IMG/VR virus record: IMGVR_UViG_3300020280_000006
Coordinates: 1-42,935 of that record
Strand: one strand, 5' to 3'
DNA from: a virus
Lineage: Duplodnaviria; Caudoviricetes
DNA: 42,935 bases
Every line of letters starts with the position of its first letter. The first letter of the stretch is position 1. The notes below the pieces were generated by a model. That model saw nothing but the letters and a program-made list of their open reading frames with translations, made no database searches and was not told where the DNA came from. Below are positions 28,152 to 36,705 of the stretch, piece by piece. The translations under genes were made by a program, and so were the position numbers.

Positions 28152-28863
28152 TGATTGTTGGCAACTTATTAATGATGTTATACCAGTATCACAAAGGATA
28201 CTATTATGGGGTCCACCAGGTACAGGTAAAACATACAGTGCAGTGAAAGAAAATGCACCTATAAATATAAATGGAAGTACTAATGTATTTCAAATAACAA
28301 TGACAGAGGACACTGCTAGTGCAAACCTAGAAGGTTTTTATAAACCTAGTAGTGATGGAAACTTTGTATGGAATGACGGTCTAGCTATTCAAGCATGGAG
28401 AACAGGTGGTAGATTGGTTATCAATGAGATAGACCACGCTTCACCAGATGCTATGACATTTCTGCACGCTATATTAGATGACCCAGAAATTGCAGGTATT
28501 ACTTTAAATAATGATACCAAAGAAACTGTTCATCCAGCACTAGGGTTTCAAGTTATTGCAACTACTAACAGCCCACCTGAGAGTTTACCTTTAGCATTAA
28601 AGGATAGATTCCCAGTTCAGGTACACGTAGATAGCATACATCCTAAAGCAATGGAACAATTCCCAAGTAATTGGCATGATGTTATTAACGATACAACATT
28701 AGTTGATGACCCAGAAGATAGAGTATCAGTTCGTTCTTGGAAAGAATTCTTTATGTTAATAGATAGAGATTTTACTGAGGAGAAAGCAGCCAAGCTTATA
28801 TTTGGTAGCAAAGCAGAAGATATTATTGACGCTGTAATGGTTGCTAAAGCTGACAATGGATAA
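28144..28863 (+). CDS. MoxR/CbbQ/CobS-like AAA+ ATPase (start revised from 28120)
   Basis: GPPGTGKT, LVINEID, IATTN, ALKDRF; GAAAGGAAG RBS before the ATG at 28144. Confidence 0.85.
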   Translation: MNDDCWQLINDVIPVSQRILLWGPPGTGKTYSAVKENAPININGSTNVFQITMTEDTASANLEGFYKPSSDGNFVWNDGLAIQAWRTGGRLVINEIDHASPDAMTFLHAILDDPEIAGITLNNDTKETVHPALGFQVIATTNSPPESLPLALKDRFPVQVHVDSIHPKAMEQFPSNWHDVINDTTLVDDPEDRVSVRSWKEFFMLIDRDFTEEKAAKLIFGSKAEDIIDAVMVAKADNG

Positions 28864-30313
28864 AGCTAAACCTTATCCAGAAATAATTACTAGTACTACT
28901 TGGAAAATTAACGAAGCAGTTGAAGGTCAACAACCTAAAACTGACAATATAAACTATCAAATGACTGTACCGTTAGGTAAAGTCTGCGAGTTTTGTGGAG
29001 TTAATCACGGTAGAAATGTCAGAATGCTACAGCTAGGCCATGCTAAATGGTCGCCTAAAACTGTAGGTAAACTAGGACATAATACTAGATTAGAAGCTGT
29101 TGAAGTACTATCAGATGCAAGAATTAAGTGGTTGTTATTTGTAGAAAAAATAAAATTTACAAATGATTTTATATGTCCACAATTAATACAAGCACAATTT
29201 AATCAGCTATTACCAGTAGGTAGTATAGGAGAAATTATAATGTTTCTTCTTAAATATACTAGTTGGCAAATGCCATCTAGTAGAAATTCTTGGTATAGTA
29301 CAAGATATTATTCTGAGTTAACTAGTTCATTGATTAGATTAATGGAATACTATGGAGATGATATGCGTTTTACACAACAAAGACGTGCTGAGTATGCATT
29401 TATTATTCACCAATATCATGAAGTATTAGAAATATTACTTAATCGTAGTAGAAAAAAGATAATACCATTTAATCGTGTTAAAGTTGCAGCTAAATACTTA
29501 ACTGTATTCTTAGATGAACTTAACGAAAGACCTAGTCTTGATGAAATCTGGGACAAAACCTTAAAGCAACAAAGCAGTTCGCTTGGTAGTGAAGCTGGGG
29601 AAGAAGATGGTCTTACCATCGAAGACACAGCTGAAGATGGTGCAAATGCTGCAAGCGCAGGTGATACGAAAAAACAATTAGAATATCGTATGCGTAAAAG
29701 CTTAGTAGAGGAAATGACTTATCGTTCTCAACACGGTATGGGTAGATGGGGTATTATGGAAATAGAAAATCCTATACTTCAAGTTAATCTAAATGGTAAA
29801 CTTAAAAATGGTAGAGGATATCGTGCTATGAATTACGGTCACAATCCTAAATACATTAATAGATACTGTATAGATAAACAAATCTTCAAACAAAATCATA
29901 GAGTTAAAGGAGGTACTATTCTTATAGATGCTTCAGGTTCTATGCGATTTAATGGTGAAGATATACTAGAGATAATGAATATACTACCAGCTGTAACTAT
30001 TGCTATGTACAATGGTGGTGGATTAGGTGGTATATTACGCATTATTGCTAAAGGTGGACGTAGAGTTACACAGGATTACTTAGATAGATATACCGGTGGA
30101 GGTAATATTGTTGATGGTCCAGCATTACGCTGGCTAGCAGAAATGCCTGCACGTAGAATATGGGTATCAGATATGAAAGTATTTGGTGTTGGTGCTAATT
30201 CTTCAGGTTATAATTTACTTAAAGATTGTTATGATATTTGCACACAGAATAAAATAATTAATCTAAAAGATATAGATGAAGTTAAAGAACACGCACTTAA
30301 ATTAAATATGTGA
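28841..30313 (+). CDS. vWA-domain (CobT-like) partner of the AAA ATPase; start may be 28856
   Basis: MIDAS motif ILIDASGSM, GGGN, WVSD; acidic linker; peptidase-like N-terminal region. Confidence 0.75.
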   Translation: MLKLTMDKAKPYPEIITSTTWKINEAVEGQQPKTDNINYQMTVPLGKVCEFCGVNHGRNVRMLQLGHAKWSPKTVGKLGHNTRLEAVEVLSDARIKWLLFVEKIKFTNDFICPQLIQAQFNQLLPVGSIGEIIMFLLKYTSWQMPSSRNSWYSTRYYSELTSSLIRLMEYYGDDMRFTQQRRAEYAFIIHQYHEVLEILLNRSRKKIIPFNRVKVAAKYLTVFLDELNERPSLDEIWDKTLKQQSSSLGSEAGEEDGLTIEDTAEDGANAASAGDTKKQLEYRMRKSLVEEMTYRSQHGMGRWGIMEIENPILQVNLNGKLKNGRGYRAMNYGHNPKYINRYCIDKQIFKQNHRVKGGTILIDASGSMRFNGEDILEIMNILPAVTIAMYNGGGLGGILRIIAKGGRRVTQDYLDRYTGGGNIVDGPALRWLAEMPARRIWVSDMKVFGVGANSSGYNLLKDCYDICTQNKIINLKDIDEVKEHALKLNM

Positions 30314-30478
30314 TACAATATAAAGCATTAGAAAGTAAACTAGCAATAGTGTAGTGTTTCCTTTCCGCTATAAAAGCTTTCTAAAGTAATGGAATAGAGT
30401 CGGAAGAGAACTCCGAACATGGTTTAATTCGTACTATCTGTACAATGTCAATCCCAATAGTGAACACCATTACGCTTT
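30311..30478 (+). ncRNA. Candidate sRNA with promoter and anti-SD-like loop
   Basis: TGA-TACAAT at 30311-19; TTAGAAAGT/GCTTTCTAA; ACTA-GCAA-TAGT (GNRA loop); GTAGTG-TTTCCTTTC-CGCTAT; GTAATGG/CCATTAC; TCGGA/TCCGA. Confidence 0.55.
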
Positions 30479-30509
30479 ATATGTTTGCATAAAATATAAA
30501 TGAAGTATA

Positions 30510-30755
30510 ATGAATAGTATGAAAGATATAGATAAACTGCTGAAAGAAGCAGAAACTGGAAAAATCAACCGTGTATCACAACGAATAACTGATGAAGCTA
30601 TGCCATTCTGGAATGGTATAGAACAAATGGTGCAATCAGGTAGGAAACCTAGACCTTACGTAGTGTCAAGGTTATTACGTGATGAGTTTGATATAAAAAT
30701 AAGTGAGACTGCAATAAGGAATCACTTTAGAAACTTGTTAGAGTATGTCGAATAA
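30510..30755 (+). CDS. Small HTH-like protein (probable leaderless start at 30519)
   Basis: VVSRLLRDEFDIKISETAIRNHF; TATAAT-GAATAGT-ATG. Confidence 0.6.
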   Translation: MNSMKDIDKLLKEAETGKINRVSQRITDEAMPFWNGIEQMVQSGRKPRPYVVSRLLRDEFDIKISETAIRNHFRNLLEYVE

Positions 30756-31806
30756 AAAGAAAGTAGAAGAGTTATTAGCTGAGGCTGAATCTAAAAAGAT
30801 ACAAGAACTTAAAGCTGATAACTTAAAGTTACTGCGACAATTAGAGAAAGCTAAAAATAAAAAAGCTGATATGATTGAAGCAGTATATCAAGCTGTATCT
30901 ACGAACTTAAGAACATGGGACAAACCTAAGATACCTAAGCCTAAGCTACACAAACGTACTAAGAACGAAGAAGTAGCTGTTGCTGTATTAAGTGACGTAC
31001 AATTGGCGAAGGTAACACCAGATTATGATACAACAGTAGCAGAAGAACGTGTTATTGAATATGCAAACAAGATAGTTGAACTAACAAATGTACAACGTTC
31101 AGCACATCCTGTAAACAAATGCGTGGTTCTAGCTGCTGGTGATATTGTAGAAGGTGAATTAATATTTCCAGGACAAACACATTTAATAGACGCTTCGTTA
31201 TATAACCAAGTTACTATTGATGGTCCTAGAATATTAACCAAGTTTTTCGATACATTATTGGCGAACTTCAATGAAGTAGAAGTACATTGGGTGATAGGTA
31301 ATCATGGTAGTTTAGGAGGCCGTGCAAGAAAAGATTATCATCCAGATTCTAACGCTGATAGAATGCTTGGAAAAATTATGTCAATGATATACAGGGACGA
31401 AAAGCGAATGACCTGGACAATACCTGATAGTACAGGTGATAACCATTGGTTTGATATTGCAGATGTAGGTGAAGGATGTAAATTCTTTGTATGGCATGGT
31501 GACAATATAAGAGGACACAGTGGATTTCCATGGTATGGCTTTGGTAAAAAACTATTAGGATGGAAAGCATTAGCGTCAAGAGGATTAATGCCTGATTTTG
31601 ATTATGCAATTGCTGGACATTTTCATACACCTACAACAATGTATGTTAACGATGTACGTTTATGGGTTAATGGTTCTACTGAAAGTTATAATACTTATGC
31701 ATTAGAACAGTTAGCAAGTATGGGACGACCATGTCAATGGTTGTTATTTGCTAAGCCAGGTTCAGGAGTAACTGCTGAATACCTTGTAAAATTGAAACAT
31801 AACTGA
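30745..31806 (+). CDS. Calcineurin-like metallophosphoesterase/nuclease with N-terminal coiled coil
   Basis: SDVQ, GDIVEG, GNHG, HGD and GHFH motifs. Confidence 0.85.
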   Translation: MSNKKKVEELLAEAESKKIQELKADNLKLLRQLEKAKNKKADMIEAVYQAVSTNLRTWDKPKIPKPKLHKRTKNEEVAVAVLSDVQLAKVTPDYDTTVAEERVIEYANKIVELTNVQRSAHPVNKCVVLAAGDIVEGELIFPGQTHLIDASLYNQVTIDGPRILTKFFDTLLANFNEVEVHWVIGNHGSLGGRARKDYHPDSNADRMLGKIMSMIYRDEKRMTWTIPDSTGDNHWFDIADVGEGCKFFVWHGDNIRGHSGFPWYGFGKKLLGWKALASRGLMPDFDYAIAGHFHTPTTMYVNDVRLWVNGSTESYNTYALEQLASMGRPCQWLLFAKPGSGVTAEYLVKLKHN

Positions 31807-31813
31807 TATAATA

Positions 31814-31984
31814 ATGAATACTATGATAAAAAACTTAGAGAAGTCTGAGTGGAAATTGACTGGTATTGAGTATAGTGGGCTAGGTGATAGACCATATTTT
31901 ATACTTTGTAATGACGACCAAGTCAAGCTAGTACCCATAACAAAAGGGGTACATAACTTAGACGATGTACTAGAATATATATAA
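31814..31984 (+). CDS. Small hypothetical protein (start 31814 or 31823)
   Basis: Manual translation; TGA-TATAAT upstream. Confidence 0.55.
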   Translation: MNTMIKNLEKSEWKLTGIEYSGLGDRPYFILCNDDQVKLVPITKGVHNLDDVLEYI

Positions 31985-31985
31985 G

Positions 31986-32026
31986 TTATTTATCGTTTTC
32001 TCTTGATGAGTTCAAACGATAAATAA
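31986..32026 (+). promoter_or_regulatory. Stem-bulge-loop element, copy 5
   Basis: TTATTTATCGTTT-T-CTC-TTGAT-GAG-TTC-AAACGATAAATAA, then a GGAAGGG RBS. Confidence 0.8.
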
Positions 32027-32039
32027 AGGAAGGGTTATT

Positions 32040-32582
32040 ATGACTAATAACGTTGACTTACTATCTCCATTTCCACAGGAGTTAGTTCGTAAAGCACCTG
32101 CAGGTAAGTTCGGTGATTATGTGCCACACGCACATTATGTTGAACGCTTAAGGGATAGTGGAATAAATTACAAATGGGAATGCGAACCAGTGTACAGCAC
32201 ACACAATGGAGAAAAACGTATTGTCGGTGCTAAGGGTACTATTACTTTAGACGGTATGGGTAGCTATACAGGCTTTGGTGATGTAGATACATTTAAGTTA
32301 AACAATGACAAGTTTAATGATGGTAGCAATCTTAAAGACGCAGAATCTGACGCATTTAAACGTGCATGTATGAGGTTTGGCCTTGGTGTAGAGCTATGGT
32401 CAGGCAGTAAACAATCAGAAGAAGAAGCTACTGCTGGTACTCAACAAGAAGATAGAGTAGAAGTAACCAAAGTAGATATGCGTAAGAAAGAAAATCAACC
32501 TACACCAGAAGATATTAAACGTATGGAAGACATAATGGATAGTATTGTTGGTGAAGATTCAAAAGACGAAGCACCTTTCTAA
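32040..32582 (+). CDS. Rad52/Sak-like single-strand annealing protein
   Basis: LLSPFP...DYVPHAHYVERL...LKDAESDAFKRACMRFGLGVELW. Confidence 0.85.
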   Translation: MTNNVDLLSPFPQELVRKAPAGKFGDYVPHAHYVERLRDSGINYKWECEPVYSTHNGEKRIVGAKGTITLDGMGSYTGFGDVDTFKLNNDKFNDGSNLKDAESDAFKRACMRFGLGVELWSGSKQSEEEATAGTQQEDRVEVTKVDMRKKENQPTPEDIKRMEDIMDSIVGEDSKDEAPF

Positions 32583-33121
32583 TGCCTGATTTAGAGTTTA
32601 TAGCCAAGACTATACACACAATGACTGAAAATGTTCAGAACAAAGAAACATTACATAAGATTATGGGTACAGCAAATGAGTACGCTAAGACTATGAAGTT
32701 TCCTAAATCTAAAACTGAATGGTCAGACGAACAACTGGATAAATATTTTAACATGATTGAAAAACTTGTTGATATGCCAGTTGAATATACTCAGAATGAC
32801 TTTGATAGTTTATCATTAATGGATAAACTTAAAGCAGTTGGCTTAGAAGCAACAGACAAAACCGATGGTTTACAACAACCAGGAGGTCTTGTCGGAGAGG
32901 TTGTTAATCAAATGGAACAACAAAATAAATATCGTGACGATTTGAAATGTCCTTATTGCCAAGCAATGGTATATGATAATCGTAACAGCAAAAAGTCAGA
33001 CAAAAGTCCAGACTTTACTTGCAGCACTAATGACCCTGTTGTATGTGGTGGACATACAGGCAAATGGCGTAAGTCATGGTGGTTAGATAACACTGACATA
33101 CCAGAAGAATGGGGTATATAA
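32582..33121 (+). CDS. Recombination-associated protein with C-terminal Zn-finger
   Basis: CPYC...YDNR...KSPDFTC...C...WW; coupled to the Sak-like gene. Confidence 0.6.
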   Translation: MPDLEFIAKTIHTMTENVQNKETLHKIMGTANEYAKTMKFPKSKTEWSDEQLDKYFNMIEKLVDMPVEYTQNDFDSLSLMDKLKAVGLEATDKTDGLQQPGGLVGEVVNQMEQQNKYRDDLKCPYCQAMVYDNRNSKKSDKSPDFTCSTNDPVVCGGHTGKWRKSWWLDNTDIPEEWGI

Positions 33122-33219
33122 TGAATAGATTACAGCGTAGGGCTGCTAAATCTAAAAAGAAAACTAGGTATAGAGGTTTAAGTAAACGACAAGTACTTAC
33201 ACCTGATAGCTGGAGATAA
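33121..33219 (+). CDS. 32-aa basic micro-protein (MNRLQRRAAKSKKK...)
   Basis: TAATG coupling; manual translation. Confidence 0.55.
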   Translation: MNRLQRRAAKSKKKTRYRGLSKRQVLTPDSWR

Positions 33220-33229
33220 GGAGGTTCTA

Positions 33230-33496
33230 ATGATACCTGAATCATTTAGAGGTGAAGACATACCAGCATATATTAAAAGTAAGACACAACTGGTAGCTTA
33301 TGTTCTTACAAGATATATGGGAGAAAGTCCTATAAGTAACTGGGAGTTTGTAGCTGAGTTATACTGCCATAGATTTGGTGGTATTATACATAATCTTAGG
33401 CAGGAAGGTTATAAGATAACAACATTACCTGCCAAAAAGCGTGGCTTAGTACATTACTATTGTACTGAGTTACCTGTAAAAGCTACCATTAGCTAA
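33230..33496 (+). CDS. Winged-HTH DNA-binding protein
   Basis: PISNWE...HRFGGIIHNLRQEGYKITT. Confidence 0.7.
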   Translation: MIPESFRGEDIPAYIKSKTQLVAYVLTRYMGESPISNWEFVAELYCHRFGGIIHNLRQEGYKITTLPAKKRGLVHYYCTELPVKATIS

Positions 33497-33930
33497 TGAT
33501 AGAACTAATAATTGGGTGTTTGTTTCCTTATTTACTTACACCCAGTAACTTACCTGAGTACCGAAGTTGTTTAGAAATAGAAACTAAAGTAAACTATGTG
33601 TTGAATCATTCAACTTTGGTATCCAGGTATTTTAATGAGGACGACATCCTGCAAGCATTGACTGTTATTTATTGTGAAAGCAGTGGCCGCACATCTGCTG
33701 TAGGTAATAACAAAGATGGAACACAGGATGTTGGACTCTGGCAATTTAATGACGATACATGGGCTTGGTTAAAACCTAAACTTGGTATAATAAGTAAGCG
33801 TACTAACCCAGAAGTATCTACTGCAGTTGCAGCATGGTTAGTTTATAACGATGGATGGCACCATTGGGATAGCAGCAAACATTGTTGGAAAGATTACAAT
33901 AACAGATACATTACGAAGGAGACTAAATGA
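33496..33930 (+). CDS. Lytic transglycosylase (SLT/lysozyme-like) with hydrophobic N-terminus
   Basis: CESSG (catalytic Glu), GLWQFN, TW, GWHHW. Confidence 0.8.
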   Translation: MIELIIGCLFPYLLTPSNLPEYRSCLEIETKVNYVLNHSTLVSRYFNEDDILQALTVIYCESSGRTSAVGNNKDGTQDVGLWQFNDDTWAWLKPKLGIISKRTNPEVSTAVAAWLVYNDGWHHWDSSKHCWKDYNNRYITKETK

Positions 33931-34100
33931 GTACTTTTTTTAAAAGTTCATCTGACAAAAAAAACATATGGCGCAGAGAACTTTATGACATAAAATGTAT
34001 TAACTGTGATAAATTATTTAAAGCAGATACAATTAGAGCAAAAAGATGCACACCATGTGAACAAGAAATGTTTAATATATATATGGAAATGGGAGGATAA
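33927..34100 (+). CDS. 57-aa Zn-ribbon protein
   Basis: CINC...CTPC; AGGAG RBS, ATGA overlap. Confidence 0.65.
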   Translation: MSTFFKSSSDKKNIWRRELYDIKCINCDKLFKADTIRAKRCTPCEQEMFNIYMEMGG

Positions 34101-34361
34101 ATGAACCAAAAGAAAATAGACATAGATAAGATTAATATCTTTACACATCATAAGTATTTAAAAGTATGGGCTGCAATGTTTAGTAAAGCATGTGGCAGCG
34201 ATACATTTAATGTAGCACCAGACACAGCAAAGTTACGGTTCCTTATGGATAAATTTGTAATGGATTACAATTGGAACTTAGAACAACTTGAAAACGAACA
34301 TCAACATGACGCACATGTTAAAGACTATAATAAGATTGAAGCTGATAAAGAAGAAGAATGA
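34101..34361 (+). CDS. Hypothetical protein
   Basis: GGAGG RBS. Confidence 0.65.
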   Translation: MNQKKIDIDKINIFTHHKYLKVWAAMFSKACGSDTFNVAPDTAKLRFLMDKFVMDYNWNLEQLENEHQHDAHVKDYNKIEADKEEE

Positions 34362-34630
34362 GTCTATCTGAAATAAGAGAGGAAGCCATGCAACGTGCAG
34401 GTGGTAAATGTGAATGGCCATATTGTAATGATAACAAGTGGTTAGAACTAGCACACATACAAGGCATAGGCATGGGTGGCAACCCTAAAAGAAAATTTGA
34501 TATTAATAACGTATGTATTTTATGTAAGCATCACCATGATGTATATGATGGAAGACAACGTGTAGGTGCAAGCGTAGCGTACAGAGAACTGTTAATGGGT
34601 TATCTTAACAGAGAAAGATTAATCACCTAA
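34358..34630 (+). CDS. HNH endonuclease
   Basis: RAGGKCEWPYC...LELAHI...NVCILCKHHH. Confidence 0.8.
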   Translation: MSLSEIREEAMQRAGGKCEWPYCNDNKWLELAHIQGIGMGGNPKRKFDINNVCILCKHHHDVYDGRQRVGASVAYRELLMGYLNRERLIT

Positions 34631-35038
34631 TTTTTTCCATGCTTTTCTAGCTCTTTTAGGTGGGCTAGTTTTATTATCAAACGGATTAACTGGTTTTACT
34701 CCACCTGGTAACAATCCATAATTTACTGCATCCACAGTTACATATGCATTGTATGCAAGCTTACCTGTTTTTATTGCAGCATTAGCAATAGTCTTACCAG
34801 TAGCTTTAACTGCTTTAGTAAGAGGACTAATAGATTCTTTACCTTTATAATCATTACTATTAGAAACTTGCACATATTTATTAGCGCCTATTTCTTTCAT
34901 TAATGCCATTGATTCTTCTAAACCAACTTTATTTTTAGCTTTATCAGCTAATGCTTGCTGTTGTTTAAGTCGTCTTTTAAGTTCGTTTTGACCTAAACCA
35001 GCAACACCTTGACCAACAAGTTTATCGTAATTACTCAT
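34619..35038 (-). CDS. Hypothetical basic late protein
   Basis: Last gene of the minus arm; its 3' end overlaps the HNH gene. Confidence 0.65.
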   Translation of the reverse strand: MSNYDKLVGQGVAGLGQNELKRRLKQQQALADKAKNKVGLEESMALMKEIGANKYVQVSNSNDYKGKESISPLTKAVKATGKTIANAAIKTGKLAYNAYVTVDAVNYGLLPGGVKPVNPFDNKTSPPKRARKAWKKLGD

Positions 35039-35282
35039 TAGTATTAGCTAAAGAATAAACATTACGTTCATCAATTTTTGGCGCAGCAACAGCAGCTGTC
35101 ACGCTATTAATGTTTACTTGACCATCACTTTTACCATGGCTAAGTATTTCTTGTGCCATTCCAAGACTAATTAATGCACTATGACTAGCTATTTTTTCAA
35201 AGTTGACACCAGCTTCTACAATAGATTCTTCATCTTTGTTAGCTAAATCTACTTCGTGTTTATTATGATAATGTCCAGGCAT
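35031..35282 (-). CDS. Hypothetical protein
   Basis: Coupled ORF. Confidence 0.6.
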   Translation of the reverse strand: MPGHYHNKHEVDLANKDEESIVEAGVNFEKIASHSALISLGMAQEILSHGKSDGQVNINSVTAAVAAPKIDERNVYSLANTNE

Positions 35283-35353
35283 TAATATTTCCTTTTTTTG
35301 CCACGTTTTTTACCTTTATAAGCAGTTTTTCTACCTTTTTTTGATATTGGCAT
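35282..35353 (-). CDS. 23-aa Lys/Arg-rich micro-protein
   Basis: MPISKKGRKTAYKGKKRGKKRKY; GGAGG RBS; TAATG coupling at both ends. Confidence 0.65.
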   Translation of the reverse strand: MPISKKGRKTAYKGKKRGKKRKY

Positions 35354-35637
35354 TATTTACCTCCAATTTGTTTTTTTGCATATGTTTTAACTACTGCTAA
35401 TGCAGCACCACCACCAGCTAATGCAGCAAGCTGTAATGTTTCAGCTTCAACACCAACCAATGGAGCTACAGTTAGCGCACCTATAAACGCTTCGATGAAA
35501 GTCCATACAGCTCTTTCTAGCATATCTTTTAATTCATCACTCATTTTATACTCCCATGCTTCGTTCCAAGGGGTCCACGCCACATCTGTCTTAAATGTCC
35601 CATTAGAATTTCTTGCTCTTTTATATTTCTCAAACAT
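35353..35637 (-). CDS. Holin (r1t/actinophage-like)
   Basis: MLERAVWTFIEAFIGAL...AALAGGGAALAVVK; two hydrophobic segments. Confidence 0.7.
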   Translation of the reverse strand: MFEKYKRARNSNGTFKTDVAWTPWNEAWEYKMSDELKDMLERAVWTFIEAFIGALTVAPLVGVEAETLQLAALAGGGAALAVVKTYAKKQIGGK

Positions 35638-36698
35638 TATCCTAGCTTACTAATAAGTCTAACTATTTTTGGTACACCTTTTTTAGCTTTCCAATCACTA
35701 AAAGCTTTTCTACTTTTTTCATAATTTTTAAAAGTAAGTTTATCATCAACTCCTGTGTCAGTTGTTTGGTTAACAACACCAAGTGGGAAAGGTGCGCGTG
35801 AACCATATTCAGTACGAAGAATAGTTTCTGCATAGTTATGTATACTACTATAGTTCCTATTTATATCTGATATCTCATCAGTAAAAGCAATCATTTTCAT
35901 TAATTCTGTTTTTGCTGCTTTTTTACTTGCTTCATCAGGAAAAAATTTATCTTCTAATTCTTTTCTACTAAGTGGTTGTTCATAACCCTGAAATTCTTTA
36001 CCCATAGAATCTGCAATCTCTCCTGCTATATCATCACGAAGCGTTTTAGAAACTTCACCAATATAATCATAAACAGTTCCTCTAAACTCCATAGCAAAGT
36101 CTCTTGTTCTAGCTTTACGTGCTTGTAATTCTTGATTAACTGCAGCTATTGTTTTAGGCATTGGACTATCTTTTTTGTATTGCATAGTTTCTTGATTCCA
36201 ACCAGAATGACTAATCATATCACTTGTATCAAATGTTCTAGTTTTATTTTGTGAATATGCTTTGTCTGGTAATCTATACACTTCTTCAAAAAATGTATCT
36301 GGTGCAGTTGGGTCATAAGAAAAACCAAACTTACTTAGTTTAGTTTCTAATGATGCAGCTTCACTAAACTTAGGATTAATTTGTTTACCACCAGCACCAC
36401 CTGGGTTTAACCTGTTTTTATCTTTACCTCTAAAATAAGATACTGTTGCTTTTACTTGTTCATCAGCTTTGCCTTGTGCATATGCTGCTTCTCCTTCAGT
36501 TTGCACTAAATGATTATAATCATCGCTTCTACCTTCATAGTAATTTGCTTCAACCGAGTCAGCATAAGCTTGTTCTTCAGCTGCTTTACGTAAAAGTTTA
36601 TCACCTTTAGATTTACCATCGTCTTTAGGATTAAAGTTTGGATTATCATAATAATCAGCTTTATCTCCACCTGTATTTTTTCCGCTTAAAAATGACAT
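35637..36698 (-). CDS. Hypothetical charged protein, 353 aa
   Basis: AGGAG RBS; no recognised motif. Confidence 0.7.
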   Translation of the reverse strand: MSFLSGKNTGGDKADYYDNPNFNPKDDGKSKGDKLLRKAAEEQAYADSVEANYYEGRSDDYNHLVQTEGEAAYAQGKADEQVKATVSYFRGKDKNRLNPGGAGGKQINPKFSEAASLETKLSKFGFSYDPTAPDTFFEEVYRLPDKAYSQNKTRTFDTSDMISHSGWNQETMQYKKDSPMPKTIAAVNQELQARKARTRDFAMEFRGTVYDYIGEVSKTLRDDIAGEIADSMGKEFQGYEQPLSRKELEDKFFPDEASKKAAKTELMKMIAFTDEISDINRNYSSIHNYAETILRTEYGSRAPFPLGVVNQTTDTGVDDKLTFKNYEKSRKAFSDWKAKKGVPKIVRLISKLG

Positions 36699-36705
36699 AT
36701 ATCTC

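Noticed and set aside
23200-30500. tRNA or tmRNA genes in the structured intergenic regions
   Set aside because: No T-arm GTTCRA within a cloverleaf and no matching acceptor stem seen.
31999-32026. Hammerhead ribozyme suggested by TGATGAG
   Set aside because: No CUGAnGA...GAAA core or three-stem arrangement; the other copies lack this sequence.
1715-35640. Many proteins end in G or GG (ubiquitin-like tag)
   Set aside because: Mostly explained by the next gene's GGAGG-type RBS overlapping the last codons.
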